Shown here in pieces: positions 36,116 to 45,815 of a stretch of 64,000 nucleotides of DNA. Positions within the stretch are counted from its first letter, which is position 1. Every line of letters starts with the position of its first letter. Where the stretch lies: the IMG/VR virus record IMGVR_UViG_3300034073_002131, positions 1-64,000 of that record; one strand, 5' to 3'. Below the pieces are notes generated by a model that saw only the letters and a program-made list of their open reading frames with translations, searched no databases and was not told the DNA's origin. This DNA is from a virus. Both the position numbers and the translations under genes were made by a program.

Positions 36116-36271
36116 CTACCCCTTTACTAAATAAACAATACTAGCTAGTATCATTCCTAGTACAACTATTGTTTTCCAGCTAATATCATCTATTTTAAGT
36201 TTAAACCAAGGGCTACTAACTTCGACTTTTTCAACAATGCCATCGTCACCCTTAATAGGTTTAGGTTCCAT
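36116..36271 (-). CDS. Small membrane protein (51 aa)
   Basis: Read directly; C-terminal TM; coupled to endolysin stop. Confidence 0.55.
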   Translation of the reverse strand: MEPKPIKGDDGIVEKVEVSSPWFKLKIDDISWKTIVVLGMILASIVYLVKG

Positions 36272-36900
36272 TAGTGACCTCCTAGTACGTGTAGTGCGTG
36301 TTGGTAGTGTTTTTTGCGATCTTCTATGCCTATTGTACCACCATTAATTCGTTTTGTCAAGGTTAAAATATCACCTTGGTCTGCCCAACGATTTAGGCTG
36401 TTGGTTTCCCAAAACCAGCAAGCACTTTGAGCTGCTCCCTCAAAAGTCTCTAGATAGTCTGCTGCTTCTTCTGGTTTAATTTCTATGCTGTGAGCAAACC
36501 AAGTATAGTTATCTCGACCAGTTAGTTGAATAAGTCCGCGACCCCTATACCGCCAACCGTCACCCGAAGCCTCATCGCCATTACCCATACGACTAGCATA
36601 TACACGGTTAGCTATAGCTTCTTGTTTATTGGGCTTGTTAGCATATTGCTGGGCAAGTTCGTCTGTAGGAAAATATTTAGGAAATACCTTGCGTAAGCTC
36701 TGCCAGCGATAGTTAAGGTTTTCTTGTAGCACAGTAAATTCAGCCGACTCATGAGCACACTGTGCAATCCATGCTGCTTGACGTAGAGGTGTATTTATTT
36801 CATAGTCTGGAAATAGTTTGTTAATAACATCTAGCCAATAACTAGTGTACTTATTCCTGGGTATTAATTCACGTAATTGTTCTAGTGTTATAGGTGTCAT
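36271..36900 (-). CDS. Endolysin, glycoside hydrolase family 19
   Basis: AQ.AHES, ENLNY, YRGRGLIQLTGR.NY, SA.WFW, INGG..G..DR. Confidence 0.92.
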   Translation of the reverse strand: MTPITLEQLRELIPRNKYTSYWLDVINKLFPDYEINTPLRQAAWIAQCAHESAEFTVLQENLNYRWQSLRKVFPKYFPTDELAQQYANKPNKQEAIANRVYASRMGNGDEASGDGWRYRGRGLIQLTGRDNYTWFAHSIEIKPEEAADYLETFEGAAQSACWFWETNSLNRWADQGDILTLTKRINGGTIGIEDRKKHYQHALHVLGGH

Positions 36901-37160
36901 TTTATACCTTCAAATAATTTGCGTTGAGTACGATACCACTCCTGCCACATACTAGACTTTAAGCTACAATCATGATATAGATGATAATTTTCTGTAACGG
37001 TTTTAGCCACATCGCTAAGTTTAGCATTTTGTTCTAGTGCTTTTAGTGTTGGGCATGGCTCTAGTAGTATATTAGGTGCTTCTGGAAATTTTGGTGTAAG
37101 TGGCACTGTGGTAGTACATCCTACAAGTACTAAACTTACTAGTAATATTAAATATTTCAT
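36897..37160 (-). CDS. o-spanin-like lipoprotein
   Basis: Lipobox LVGC, Pro-rich, adjacent to endolysin. Confidence 0.75.
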   Translation of the reverse strand: MKYLILLVSLVLVGCTTTVPLTPKFPEAPNILLEPCPTLKALEQNAKLSDVAKTVTENYHLYHDCSLKSSMWQEWYRTQRKLFEGIK

Positions 37161-37591
37161 TGTATTTTTTCCACAGCACGATTATGGGCATCTACAAATG
37201 GTTGGGGAATTTCACATTTTGTATCATACTTAACTACTTCTCTGTCAACATACTGCACTATATCTCGACCTCGTTCACGTACTACCTTCTGTTGCACTAC
37301 CACTTTTTCCACAATCTTAATATTTTCTTTTGCAGCCTCAGCCTCAGCCTGTGCTAGTTTAACTTCTAGTTCCTTTATCTTAGCCTGCCAAGTTTGTTCA
37401 TTAGCTATAGAACCTAACATATAAATACCAATTACAACTAGTAGTATAGATGCTAGTTGTATGGGAAGTTTATAGTAGTGTACGATGGGTACAGGAATAA
37501 ACTTAAGTAAGTAGGTTACTAATAATCCTATTAGTCCTGCAGCTAATATTAGGTAAAATAGCCACCAAGGTAGCCATTGAAGAATCCACAT
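37157..37591 (-). CDS. i-spanin-like protein
   Basis: N-terminal TM helices, coiled coil, C-terminal Cys. Confidence 0.7.
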   Translation of the reverse strand: MWILQWLPWWLFYLILAAGLIGLLVTYLLKFIPVPIVHYYKLPIQLASILLVVIGIYMLGSIANEQTWQAKIKELEVKLAQAEAEAAKENIKIVEKVVVQQKVVRERGRDIVQYVDREVVKYDTKCEIPQPFVDAHNRAVEKIQ

Positions 37592-37599
37592 TGTATCTC

Positions 37600-38223
37600 C
37601 TAGTTAGCTAATGGATTATCTAATGCTTTTTTAATTTTATCGTCTACTTCACGACGAATAGCTCTTATCTCACCATTAGTATCGCGTTCTATTCTGTTTA
37701 CACGTTCATTTACAGCTTGTACTGTACTGTCTACTTGACGCTGCATTTCCCGTACACTAGTATCAGTACTTTTTCTAATTTCTTTAATCTCCATATCAAT
37801 TTGTCGGCGAATCTCTGCAACCTCTTTTTCTACTTCTCGTTGAGCAACTTTACTACCACGTTCTACACCCTCTAGTACACCTTCAGTTCTACGTATATCG
37901 CCCTTTAGATTCTGATTAATATCTCGTGTATACCCAACCACCTTTTCACTGTTTTCTTCTAATCGAACAATACGTGCTTCATATTCACTAAAATCTGGTG
38001 CAACATACTCAGCAATTTTCTTTTTCATGCCCATGTAGTCTTTGTAGGTTTCAAACACGCCATAAAGTCCACCCACTACACTACTTAAAATACCAGCAGC
38101 AATCATTAGTTTAGCAGGAGTAAAACTATAACCACCAATACTAATTACAGTATCCTTACTCATATACTGTTTCTGGGCTTGCTCTAGTTTTTCTACTTGT
38201 TTATTTAAGTCTGTATTGCTCAT
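37600..38223 (-). CDS. Membrane-anchored coiled-coil protein
   Basis: One TM helix, long heptad repeats, ends KALDNPLA. Confidence 0.75.
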   Translation of the reverse strand: MSNTDLNKQVEKLEQAQKQYMSKDTVISIGGYSFTPAKLMIAAGILSSVVGGLYGVFETYKDYMGMKKKIAEYVAPDFSEYEARIVRLEENSEKVVGYTRDINQNLKGDIRRTEGVLEGVERGSKVAQREVEKEVAEIRRQIDMEIKEIRKSTDTSVREMQRQVDSTVQAVNERVNRIERDTNGEIRAIRREVDDKIKKALDNPLAN

Positions 38224-39205
38224 CTACCAATCTCCCATGTGTTAGATTAGAACTACCAGTTAAACCACGAAGTAGTCGTTGATTATCAACAGGCTGAACT
38301 GTTTTATAAATATCCTTGACCACATAAAAAGCGGCATCTAAGATAATAGTTTGCTGATACTGCTCCAAGCTAGGGGCCTGGCTAGTTATACCCGTAATAG
38401 TTACTAGTTGCCCCGTGTCTTGTTTGTTTTCCGCCTGCCTAGTAGCCTGAGTACTAACTCTAATAGCTTGGGTAGTTTTAGGCTTTTCTTCGCTAGCAGT
38501 ATTACTAGATATGCCGCGGTTTAAGGTTGGTGGTTGATACTCGCGAATAATTGGTGGATTTTCTAGTACTTGATTTACTACTGGGTCTTGTACTAGTTTT
38601 GGTAGAGCATCCTTAACTGGATCTATATAAGTTTCTAGTATTTGTGCAGGTAGATCTTTGGGTATTACCAGTTGCTGAGGTTTTTCTGGAATTGAGATAG
38701 CTGTATAGGTTAACTTATAGTATGGATTTGTTATACTAGGGCCTTGCCATTGTTTTTCCGACCACAGCTGTTGGCCTGTAAATTGCAAACCAAATGTTGT
38801 AGGTTTTGTAAGGTTTATTTCACCAAGCGGAGCCTTAGTTGCTACGCTACCAGTACCTATTAGTGAGTATGTTCTAGTGTAGACGCTACCAAAAGTACTA
38901 GTAGCTGTTAAATAATTTTTGCATGCGGTACAGCCTAGTGAGTAGTCCCAGCCATACTCTATGCCAGTAACTCGTAAGGGTATACTTAGTGAATCCAATA
39001 CAGGCTGTGTAAGAATACCTGAGTATAGCACACTACCACCCGCCTTACCAAACACTACACCATCGCCAGGAGAAAACTTTATGTTGCCCTGTAGGTTTAT
39101 ACTAGAGTATGGCAGAAGGTCTGGGCTAGTTTCTTGGCTATAGGAGTAAGACCAATAGCAGAATAGTACCAATGCCAAAACTAAATTTTTTCCAGAATGA
39201 TTCAT
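38201..39205 (-). CDS. Secreted/exported hypothetical protein
   Basis: Signal-peptide-like N-terminus, CxxC, low-complexity linker. Confidence 0.7.
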   Translation of the reverse strand: MNHSGKNLVLALVLFCYWSYSYSQETSPDLLPYSSINLQGNIKFSPGDGVVFGKAGGSVLYSGILTQPVLDSLSIPLRVTGIEYGWDYSLGCTACKNYLTATSTFGSVYTRTYSLIGTGSVATKAPLGEINLTKPTTFGLQFTGQQLWSEKQWQGPSITNPYYKLTYTAISIPEKPQQLVIPKDLPAQILETYIDPVKDALPKLVQDPVVNQVLENPPIIREYQPPTLNRGISSNTASEEKPKTTQAIRVSTQATRQAENKQDTGQLVTITGITSQAPSLEQYQQTIILDAAFYVVKDIYKTVQPVDNQRLLRGLTGSSNLTHGRLVDEQYRLK

Positions 39206-39683
39206 TTGTTGTAGCCTCTAGCGGTTTAGGTACACGATCCAAATTTTCTTGCCACAGCTGGCGGGCTTGGTCACCGATTTTGCCCTGTATAGGGCACGGT
39301 GTGCCTGCATCCTGCATAGCCTCAAATACTCGTGGATCTTGACACAGGGTACTTACCGCAGCTACTTTCATGCCCATATCGTACAAGTTTTTAGCTAGCT
39401 TTAATCGTTCGCAGTTTAGATCACGCACTGTGCTACCACCACTAATACCTAAGATCTGAGTTTGTACTGCTCCTGACACACCTACAACACATAAATCATT
39501 GCTTATAATAGTTATAGGTGGGCTAGTAGCACTAGGTGGAGGCGATTTAACAGTAGTCTCATTAATACTAGTACTAGTCGAATTAGATTGACTATTACTT
39601 GTTGATTCTGAGATAATCCTGTCTGTTGTTTGTGCAGTGGAAAGGGTTGAAATCAAAAATAATAGCCAAACTAATTTTTGCAT
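39138..39683 (-). CDS. Exported Cys-rich membrane protein (D.NCERLK family)
   Basis: Signal peptide, several Cys, C-terminal TM. Confidence 0.75.
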   Translation of the reverse strand: MQKLVWLLFLISTLSTAQTTDRIISESTSNSQSNSTSTSINETTVKSPPPSATSPPITIISNDLCVVGVSGAVQTQILGISGGSTVRDLNCERLKLAKNLYDMGMKVAAVSTLCQDPRVFEAMQDAGTPCPIQGKIGDQARQLWQENLDRVPKPLEATTNESFWKKFSFGIGTILLLVLLL

Positions 39684-39698
39684 AATAACCTCTAAGTA

Positions 39699-40106
39699 TT
39701 AGGGATTAGTAGGTGGAGGCGGTGCTGGTACTGGTTCTGTAGGCGTTGTTATTTCAGACTGTGGTGCAGGCATTGGTTCGGGTACTGGTGCCCAAGGCAT
39801 TTGTGTATCCGTTAGGCTCTGTTTTTCTAGCTCACGTTCAACTACTAATGCAATATGATCTTTAATACTAGGCAGTCTGAGTTCTTGTGCCTCAATCCAC
39901 TCTATAACCATTTGCTCTGTAATCTGTTCTAGTGGTACAAAAGTTTGTTGTTCAGGATCAGCTAGTGTAGTAGTGTTTGGTAGTGCAAACTCTACTGTGC
40001 CGTCTTTGCCAGTAATAGTCCACTCAACTCGTTTAATTACATTAGTTAGTCCATCTAGAGTATGAGTGTAAATTTTATTAGGTTTAATTGTATAGGTAAT
40101 TGCCAT
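39699..40106 (-). CDS. Tail-fibre-associated small protein
   Basis: F.P...ITE..V..W motif, Pro-rich tail; position after chaperone. Confidence 0.6.
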   Translation of the reverse strand: MAITYTIKPNKIYTHTLDGLTNVIKRVEWTITGKDGTVEFALPNTTTLADPEQQTFVPLEQITEQMVIEWIEAQELRLPSIKDHIALVVERELEKQSLTDTQMPWAPVPEPMPAPQSEITTPTEPVPAPPPPTNP

Positions 40107-40115
40107 GTTTAATCC

Positions 40116-40619
40116 TTATTGTGGCGCTTGTGGCCAAATTATATTAGTTGGAAATTCTTGTTGATCAGTTAAATCACGGAGTTGTTGTCTATAAGTAGCC
40201 CACTGTTCTTTTTGTTCCGTGGTTAAACTAACATCTGGTAACTGCGTCCAATCACTTTGTGTTAGTAAACGATTTCTTTCATATTTTGCATTATTAATTC
40301 TGTTTTGTTTTTCTATACTAGCTCTAATAGTAGTTTGTGCTATTTCTTCGGGAGTTAAATTAACTATATCATAACCTAAAAGCATATATTCTTCGGTTAT
40401 CTCAGCTACTTGTCTAGTTAATTTTTCTGGAGTATATTTTGGTACGAGTTTTTGAGTAGCCAAATTATACGCTGGTTCTGGGGCATACTCAAGTGGGTAT
40501 ATACCAAATGCTTTTAAAACACTAGTAGCTATAGGAGATTTAAAACTAGTATTAGGAAATAGCTTTCTAATTTCTATTTGGTTTTGTAAAATTTTACCAG
40601 TTGATTCTTGTATATACAT
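40116..40619 (-). CDS. Tail fibre assembly chaperone
   Basis: RN.LL..SDWTQL.D...W..YRQ.LRD......FP..I.WP..P. Confidence 0.85.
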   Translation of the reverse strand: MYIQESTGKILQNQIEIRKLFPNTSFKSPIATSVLKAFGIYPLEYAPEPAYNLATQKLVPKYTPEKLTRQVAEITEEYMLLGYDIVNLTPEEIAQTTIRASIEKQNRINNAKYERNRLLTQSDWTQLPDVSLTTEQKEQWATYRQQLRDLTDQQEFPTNIIWPQAPQ

Positions 40620-40637
40620 GTTTTATATCTCTAAAAT

Positions 40638-42131
40638 TTAAGTGTATAAGTAAGTTGCCCAAGTGCCCGCACCAAAACCATTTGCTCCAGTACCCCCATT
40701 AATTGGGCTAGGTGGATTAATACTATTATCATATGTAAATGATACTCCATATAAACTTCCCCCTTGGCCGTCTGCATTTGGAATAGTACCATACATAGCG
40801 GGCTCTTGTAGATGAAATCTAAAATTTACTTGAGCTCCTTCTCCTGTAATACATTCTAAGTCTATATAATACCAAGGCGTAGAAGTATGGCCTGCATAAG
40901 GAGTTTCAAAATCATTTACTATATGATTGTAAAAAGCAGTAGCAAGTGTTGAGCCATTAGGAACACCGCCGGGGAATGTGCCATCATACCAATAAATAGT
41001 TAACTGAAAACTACTACTATCTATACTTATACCATAGATATTATTACCAGATTGTTGAAGTGTAGTACTGCCACCTCCACCACCTCCACCACCTCCACCA
41101 CCTCCACCACTTGGAGTATATTTAAACTGATATAAATAATATTTTGTAGAATCAGGAGCTGAGGAAAATATGCCTCCGTCTACTATTGTTGTTAATATAG
41201 TGCCGTCTGGACTAAGGCAACTATTATTAGGATAAATACTAGAATCTCCTACAAATTCATTAAGTTGATATATAGTGGCAGCTTCGGCGTTAGTTCTAGA
41301 AGTGGGCTGTGTATTACTTATTACTCCTCCATAATCCCATGAATTATTTCCAGAAGGTTTAGGGTAGTATACAAATGGTGTAGGATAGTTTAACGTATCC
41401 CATGTAATTAAATAATTTGCCGTAGCACCTACAACAAATTCAGGATATGCCCAATATGGACTAGTTGCATTATAACCAGGATATGCTCCTTGCCAAAAAG
41501 GAATTGGAGTACTACCATAGTATGTATTAACAATAGTAGTTAAATTATAGGCCGTGTTTAGCTTGTATAGGGTAGCCGGATGATTACTACTTCCACTGGT
41601 TAAAAATGTAGTTCCGTTTCCTAAAAATCTAAATCCATCTACTCCATTAGCAACGGGAACATACCCAGTATTTAGTCTGTACAAACTTTGACTAAAACCA
41701 GAATCTATTATTAAATTTGATACTTGAAAACCAATTTGTCCCGATGGTATATAATACCTATTAATAGTATTAGAATCAATATTACTAAAATATGCATAAA
41801 ATCCTGTATTATCCCACTCTATAGATGAAGTTCTATTTCCCACTGTCCAATTAGGTAATTGATTTACTGAATAGTATTGAGGCTGGTTAGTACTTAGATC
41901 ATATGGAGTAGATAGAACAAATCTTTGAACCCAACCATCTCCTCCTGTAATATAAAACGCATCTCCAGCACTAGGCCCCGGTTTCCATGAAATATTTATA
42001 TTAGAAGTAGTAATACTAACGCCGGTAGGTTTAGATAGTACAATAGGATTTGTAGTTAGTGGAGCCCACTCAGCCCAAAATCCTGTTAGAGATGTAGGTA
42101 TAGGTTTTTTAAGTAGTAATGGATTTAACAT
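40638..42131 (-). CDS. Putative receptor-binding/virion protein (beta-propeller-like, poly-Gly linker, C-terminal domain)
   Basis: LSTPYDLST and LNTAYNLTT blade repeats; 13-Gly hinge. Confidence 0.6.
   Translation of the reverse strand: MLNPLLLKKPIPTSLTGFWAEWAPLTTNPIVLSKPTGVSITTSNINISWKPGPSAGDAFYITGGDGWVQRFVLSTPYDLSTNQPQYYSVNQLPNWTVGNRTSSIEWDNTGFYAYFSNIDSNTINRYYIPSGQIGFQVSNLIIDSGFSQSLYRLNTGYVPVANGVDGFRFLGNGTTFLTSGSSNHPATLYKLNTAYNLTTIVNTYYGSTPIPFWQGAYPGYNATSPYWAYPEFVVGATANYLITWDTLNYPTPFVYYPKPSGNNSWDYGGVISNTQPTSRTNAEAATIYQLNEFVGDSSIYPNNSCLSPDGTILTTIVDGGIFSSAPDSTKYYLYQFKYTPSGGGGGGGGGGGGGSTTLQQSGNNIYGISIDSSSFQLTIYWYDGTFPGGVPNGSTLATAFYNHIVNDFETPYAGHTSTPWYYIDLECITGEGAQVNFRFHLQEPAMYGTIPNADGQGGSLYGVSFTYDNSINPPSPINGGTGANGFGAGTWATYLYT
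41071..41106. repeat. (CCACCTCCA)x4 tandem repeat encoding poly-Gly
   Basis: Read directly. Confidence 0.9.
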
Positions 42132-42140
42132 TTATGATTC

Positions 42141-43337
42141 TCAAGTTGTTGTAGCTTTACCAACATGTAGGCCTGCTAGTCTAGACCCCCCGACACCAGG
42201 TACATAAACAGTCCAGAAAACAAAAATATCTGGATAATCGGCATCATTAGTTAGAGTAGGCGCACTACTAGACCCTACCCATAACATAGGACTAGGATAA
42301 GTAATTGCTGTTGTGTTATACACATAAACTACTGCAAATTCAGTTTCGTACGCACCACCAGATAAACCATTTGTAAGAGTTATACTACCACCACTACCAT
42401 TTATTCTAAGATGTGCTCCGCTGTTTCCATTGATTTGATGTGTGGAAGCACCGGAATAAGCATTCATTTGATTATATATGTTACCGTAAAAACTAACTGC
42501 ATTTAGGTAAGGTGGTATAACTGGATAGTTACTGTAGTTGCCTTCATGAACTACAATATTGCCACCTACTTTAAGTACAGCACCTCCACTTTCTCCTGGA
42601 TTATATACGTTTAAAGCACCATCACTATCTAAGGCAATATGTCTAGTAGCAATGTTTTCATAATGCCAAGTTAGTGTAGGCTTGGCTCCACTGGCCCTAA
42701 TTTCAGCAGGAAATGAGTGTCCTGACATTCCACTAGTATTTCCACCATAGCTTGATGCATTAACTCTTACACCTAAAGTAACGTTAGTAGCAGTACCACC
42801 GCTTAGTGGAAGTGTATAGCTTGAATAGTTGCCGGCGTGAAGTACAGTATTACCACCAATAGTAATATTAAAGCCACTAGATACGCTTAAGTTATCGTCT
42901 ATAGTAACTGCACCATTAAAATAACTAATACCATTATTATAAAAGTCAAAGTTAGTATTATTAGCAGTGCCAATACCTAGCTGATTAACATGTGTAGTTC
43001 CCGCGACACGTAATTTATTGCCATTATCCGTACCAGTACCAACCAGTACATTACCACTATACTGTGCAAATTTAACTAGGCCGGTATCTAGGACTTCTAT
43101 GCTGGGAATTCCACTTACGTCATTTACACTATAAATAGTTCCGGTTAAACTATTAGTTACACTAAATAGCTGGCCAGCACTACCCTCTAGGCTAATAGTA
43201 CCATTAGTAGTAGGATATACGCGTAGGGTAATTGTTTGTGGGCCTAGTGTGCTGCTTGCTCCAACAAACTCAATTTTAGGGTCGGCACTTTGCCCTATAT
43301 TAGGAGTAATTAAAATATTTTTATCAGACAAGGCCAT
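42141..43337 (-). CDS. Tail fibre-like protein
   Basis: EGSAGQLFSV, VNDVSGIPSIEV; shares VLHAGNYSSY.LPLSGG motif with the long fibre. Confidence 0.7.
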   Translation of the reverse strand: MALSDKNILITPNIGQSADPKIEFVGASSTLGPQTITLRVYPTTNGTISLEGSAGQLFSVTNSLTGTIYSVNDVSGIPSIEVLDTGLVKFAQYSGNVLVGTGTDNGNKLRVAGTTHVNQLGIGTANNTNFDFYNNGISYFNGAVTIDDNLSVSSGFNITIGGNTVLHAGNYSSYTLPLSGGTATNVTLGVRVNASSYGGNTSGMSGHSFPAEIRASGAKPTLTWHYENIATRHIALDSDGALNVYNPGESGGAVLKVGGNIVVHEGNYSNYPVIPPYLNAVSFYGNIYNQMNAYSGASTHQINGNSGAHLRINGSGGSITLTNGLSGGAYETEFAVVYVYNTTAITYPSPMLWVGSSSAPTLTNDADYPDIFVFWTVYVPGVGGSRLAGLHVGKATTT

Positions 43338-43356
43338 AGTTAATTCCTATTTGATG

Positions 43357-44610
43357 TTATATGCCGTAACGGCCTCTTAATGCGTAATAATTTTGAGCAG
43401 ACTCATCCGCTGTTAGTTGACGATTATACACTAATATTCTTGATAGTGTGCCGTTCATATTCCATGAGGTGCCATACCCAAACCAATCAAAAACTGTCCA
43501 GTTACTAAAATCTACACCTTTTGCTTCCCACATGTGATACACATTATTTCTATAATTTACTGGAGTAGCTGGATTTACTACAGTATTAAGATCTACGTAA
43601 TTAACGGGACTACCACAGCCTTCATGATAATAATTATTTCCATAACTTGCAGATAAATATACAGATCCACTGTTATTTCCTCTAACCCATAGCTCTTGTG
43701 TATCTGAAGTTTTATACCATAAAACTACTGTGCAATTATTACTATTTCCTGTTAAAGAACTGCTTCTATTAAAACTATGAGATTCTGTAATATTAAAACT
43801 AGTTTTATCAGTAGTTAGAGTAGGCTGACCATAAATTGTGTGATCGTTTCCTATACCACTAAGATCATATAATTTATTACCAGCATTAGTTAGTAGTTCA
43901 GATATTTTAGGTTCTGTACCGTCAACTATATCAACTCTTGGTTGATACCATTGTTGATTAGTAGTAGTATCACTAGAGTAATATAGGAAACTGCGATGGT
44001 AAGAGTACGTATTTGTTGACTTCCATAGATAATCTGTACAATTTAGTACTTTAGTTCCATTAGTATGATATACACCTGAATCTGGGTGTGTAGCACCTGT
44101 ACCAGAATTAGCTGGCCAAATATGTCCAACTACTAAATACCATTGATTAGCTGTAGCCCAACCCCAACCTTCTGCTGAAAAATATGGGTTTTGATTTGAG
44201 GCACCATTACTTCTATTTCTTACTTGTTGAGCATCTCCATCCCAAGCATGCGGCCCCATGTAAAAGTTACCATTACCTATAGTTTTTCTACGTACCCAAG
44301 TTGTATATCTATACATTTTATTAGGGTCAATAGTAAATGCAGAACCCCACCAACCACCATCTTCATCGCTTGCAGCATCTTGATTACTTACATCCCACAC
44401 TACATCGGTAATACCAAACGGATTAGTATCATTTATTCTTGAATTTCCATCACCATTTGTAGCATATCCAGTAGCTGCACCACTTGTACCAGCAATCCAA
44501 GAGTCCCAAGTAATAATAGAACGCCTACCTTTACTAGATTTAGGATTTCCAATATCTAAATCTAATATTTTTCCTGCAGTAACAATATTTGGGCCTAAAT
44601 ATGTGCTCAT
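43357..44610 (-). CDS. LamG/concanavalin-A-like virion protein
   Basis: GP.IVT.G..L.LD N-terminus and YNR.L...E..QNY.A..GRYG C-terminus. Confidence 0.75.
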   Translation of the reverse strand: MSTYLGPNIVTAGKILDLDIGNPKSSKGRRSIITWDSWIAGTSGAATGYATNGDGNSRINDTNPFGITDVVWDVSNQDAASDEDGGWWGSAFTIDPNKMYRYTTWVRRKTIGNGNFYMGPHAWDGDAQQVRNRSNGASNQNPYFSAEGWGWATANQWYLVVGHIWPANSGTGATHPDSGVYHTNGTKVLNCTDYLWKSTNTYSYHRSFLYYSSDTTTNQQWYQPRVDIVDGTEPKISELLTNAGNKLYDLSGIGNDHTIYGQPTLTTDKTSFNITESHSFNRSSSLTGNSNNCTVVLWYKTSDTQELWVRGNNSGSVYLSASYGNNYYHEGCGSPVNYVDLNTVVNPATPVNYRNNVYHMWEAKGVDFSNWTVFDWFGYGTSWNMNGTLSRILVYNRQLTADESAQNYYALRGRYGI

Positions 44611-45815
44611 AATCCGTATAGCCCCCTTTGTGCAGCAAAATTTTGTGCTACTTCATTAGCAGATAGTGCTCTATTATAAATTTTTACATTACTAATAGAT
44701 TTTGAAGTATATTCCCCATTCCAGCCATTACCTATATTTAATACTTGTTGTAAAAAATTATTATTAAAACCTGTCTTTGACCCTTTTAAAGTACCATTAA
44801 GATACGCATATGCTACTGAAGCATTTCTTACTAGAGTTACATGATTCCACGTACCTGTTGTTAAAGTCCATCCAGTAGTTGGATAATTATTAAATTCAGA
44901 ACTATAAAAATATATTGCACCATCTCCAGTATTAGCCTTTAAACCAAAAGTATACTGATCTGGTAATGCTACCATATGCGTATATCCGTTAAAATTTGTA
45001 GGATTAATCCAGCAATCAATAGTAAAATCGCCTGTTCCAAATGCAAAACTGGAAGAGGCAGGGCATTGTAGTCGTGCATCTACATCAACACTCCAACTAA
45101 AAGTACCATTACTATTATAAGTCAAATTTTGTGCAGTAATTGTACTTTGTCCAGTTAAATCTAATACGGCTTGTGTGTTTGATCTAGTAGTGTCTGTATA
45201 TGGTGTAGGAAATGTACCAAATTCTACTTGAGCACCACCAACTAGTATAAAACCTGTAAAAGAACCATCAGTGACACCAACTCTGTATGGATAAGCAATA
45301 ATAAAATTTACATTTCCTGAACCAGTTCCTTGCAGTCCTTGACGTTGCCACGTGCCTTTACGCAATGTATCATATCCAGTCACATATCCTCCAGCTAGTG
45401 CAGATACGCTGGCCCCTTCAATTGACGAATTCATTCCATCAATATTACAATTACTGCTTAAAAATGTATATGCAGACATTGCATAACTTTGTCCCGCTGT
45501 CATAGGTGCAGTTTTTAATACATAAGCATAAGAATTGCCAGACCATGATGCTGATAAAGCACCAGACGTATATTTGCGAACTTTTCCCAAGTATATTCCT
45601 AAAGGTCCATCTACTCCTGGATGAGTATATGTGCTATCAACTACCCAGTTATTGCCATTCCAAAAATGCAGAGTTTGTGCTGGCCAAGTATAATATCCAT
45701 CTAACGGATGCAAATTTGTAGTTGGTGCGCCTTGCCATGACTTCTTGGTATTCTGCATGTCATAGTAAAATACCAACCCATCTGTAACTACTCTAGGGGA
45801 ATGAACTAATGCCAT
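44607..45815 (-). CDS. LamG/concanavalin-A-like virion protein
   Basis: SPRVVTDGLV..YD, FGTGDFTI.CW, W.HV..VR, IYNRALS..EV.QNF. Confidence 0.8.
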   Translation of the reverse strand: MALVHSPRVVTDGLVFYYDMQNTKKSWQGAPTTNLHPLDGYYTWPAQTLHFWNGNNWVVDSTYTHPGVDGPLGIYLGKVRKYTSGALSASWSGNSYAYVLKTAPMTAGQSYAMSAYTFLSSNCNIDGMNSSIEGASVSALAGGYVTGYDTLRKGTWQRQGLQGTGSGNVNFIIAYPYRVGVTDGSFTGFILVGGAQVEFGTFPTPYTDTTRSNTQAVLDLTGQSTITAQNLTYNSNGTFSWSVDVDARLQCPASSSFAFGTGDFTIDCWINPTNFNGYTHMVALPDQYTFGLKANTGDGAIYFYSSEFNNYPTTGWTLTTGTWNHVTLVRNASVAYAYLNGTLKGSKTGFNNNFLQQVLNIGNGWNGEYTSKSISNVKIYNRALSANEVAQNFAAQRGLYGL

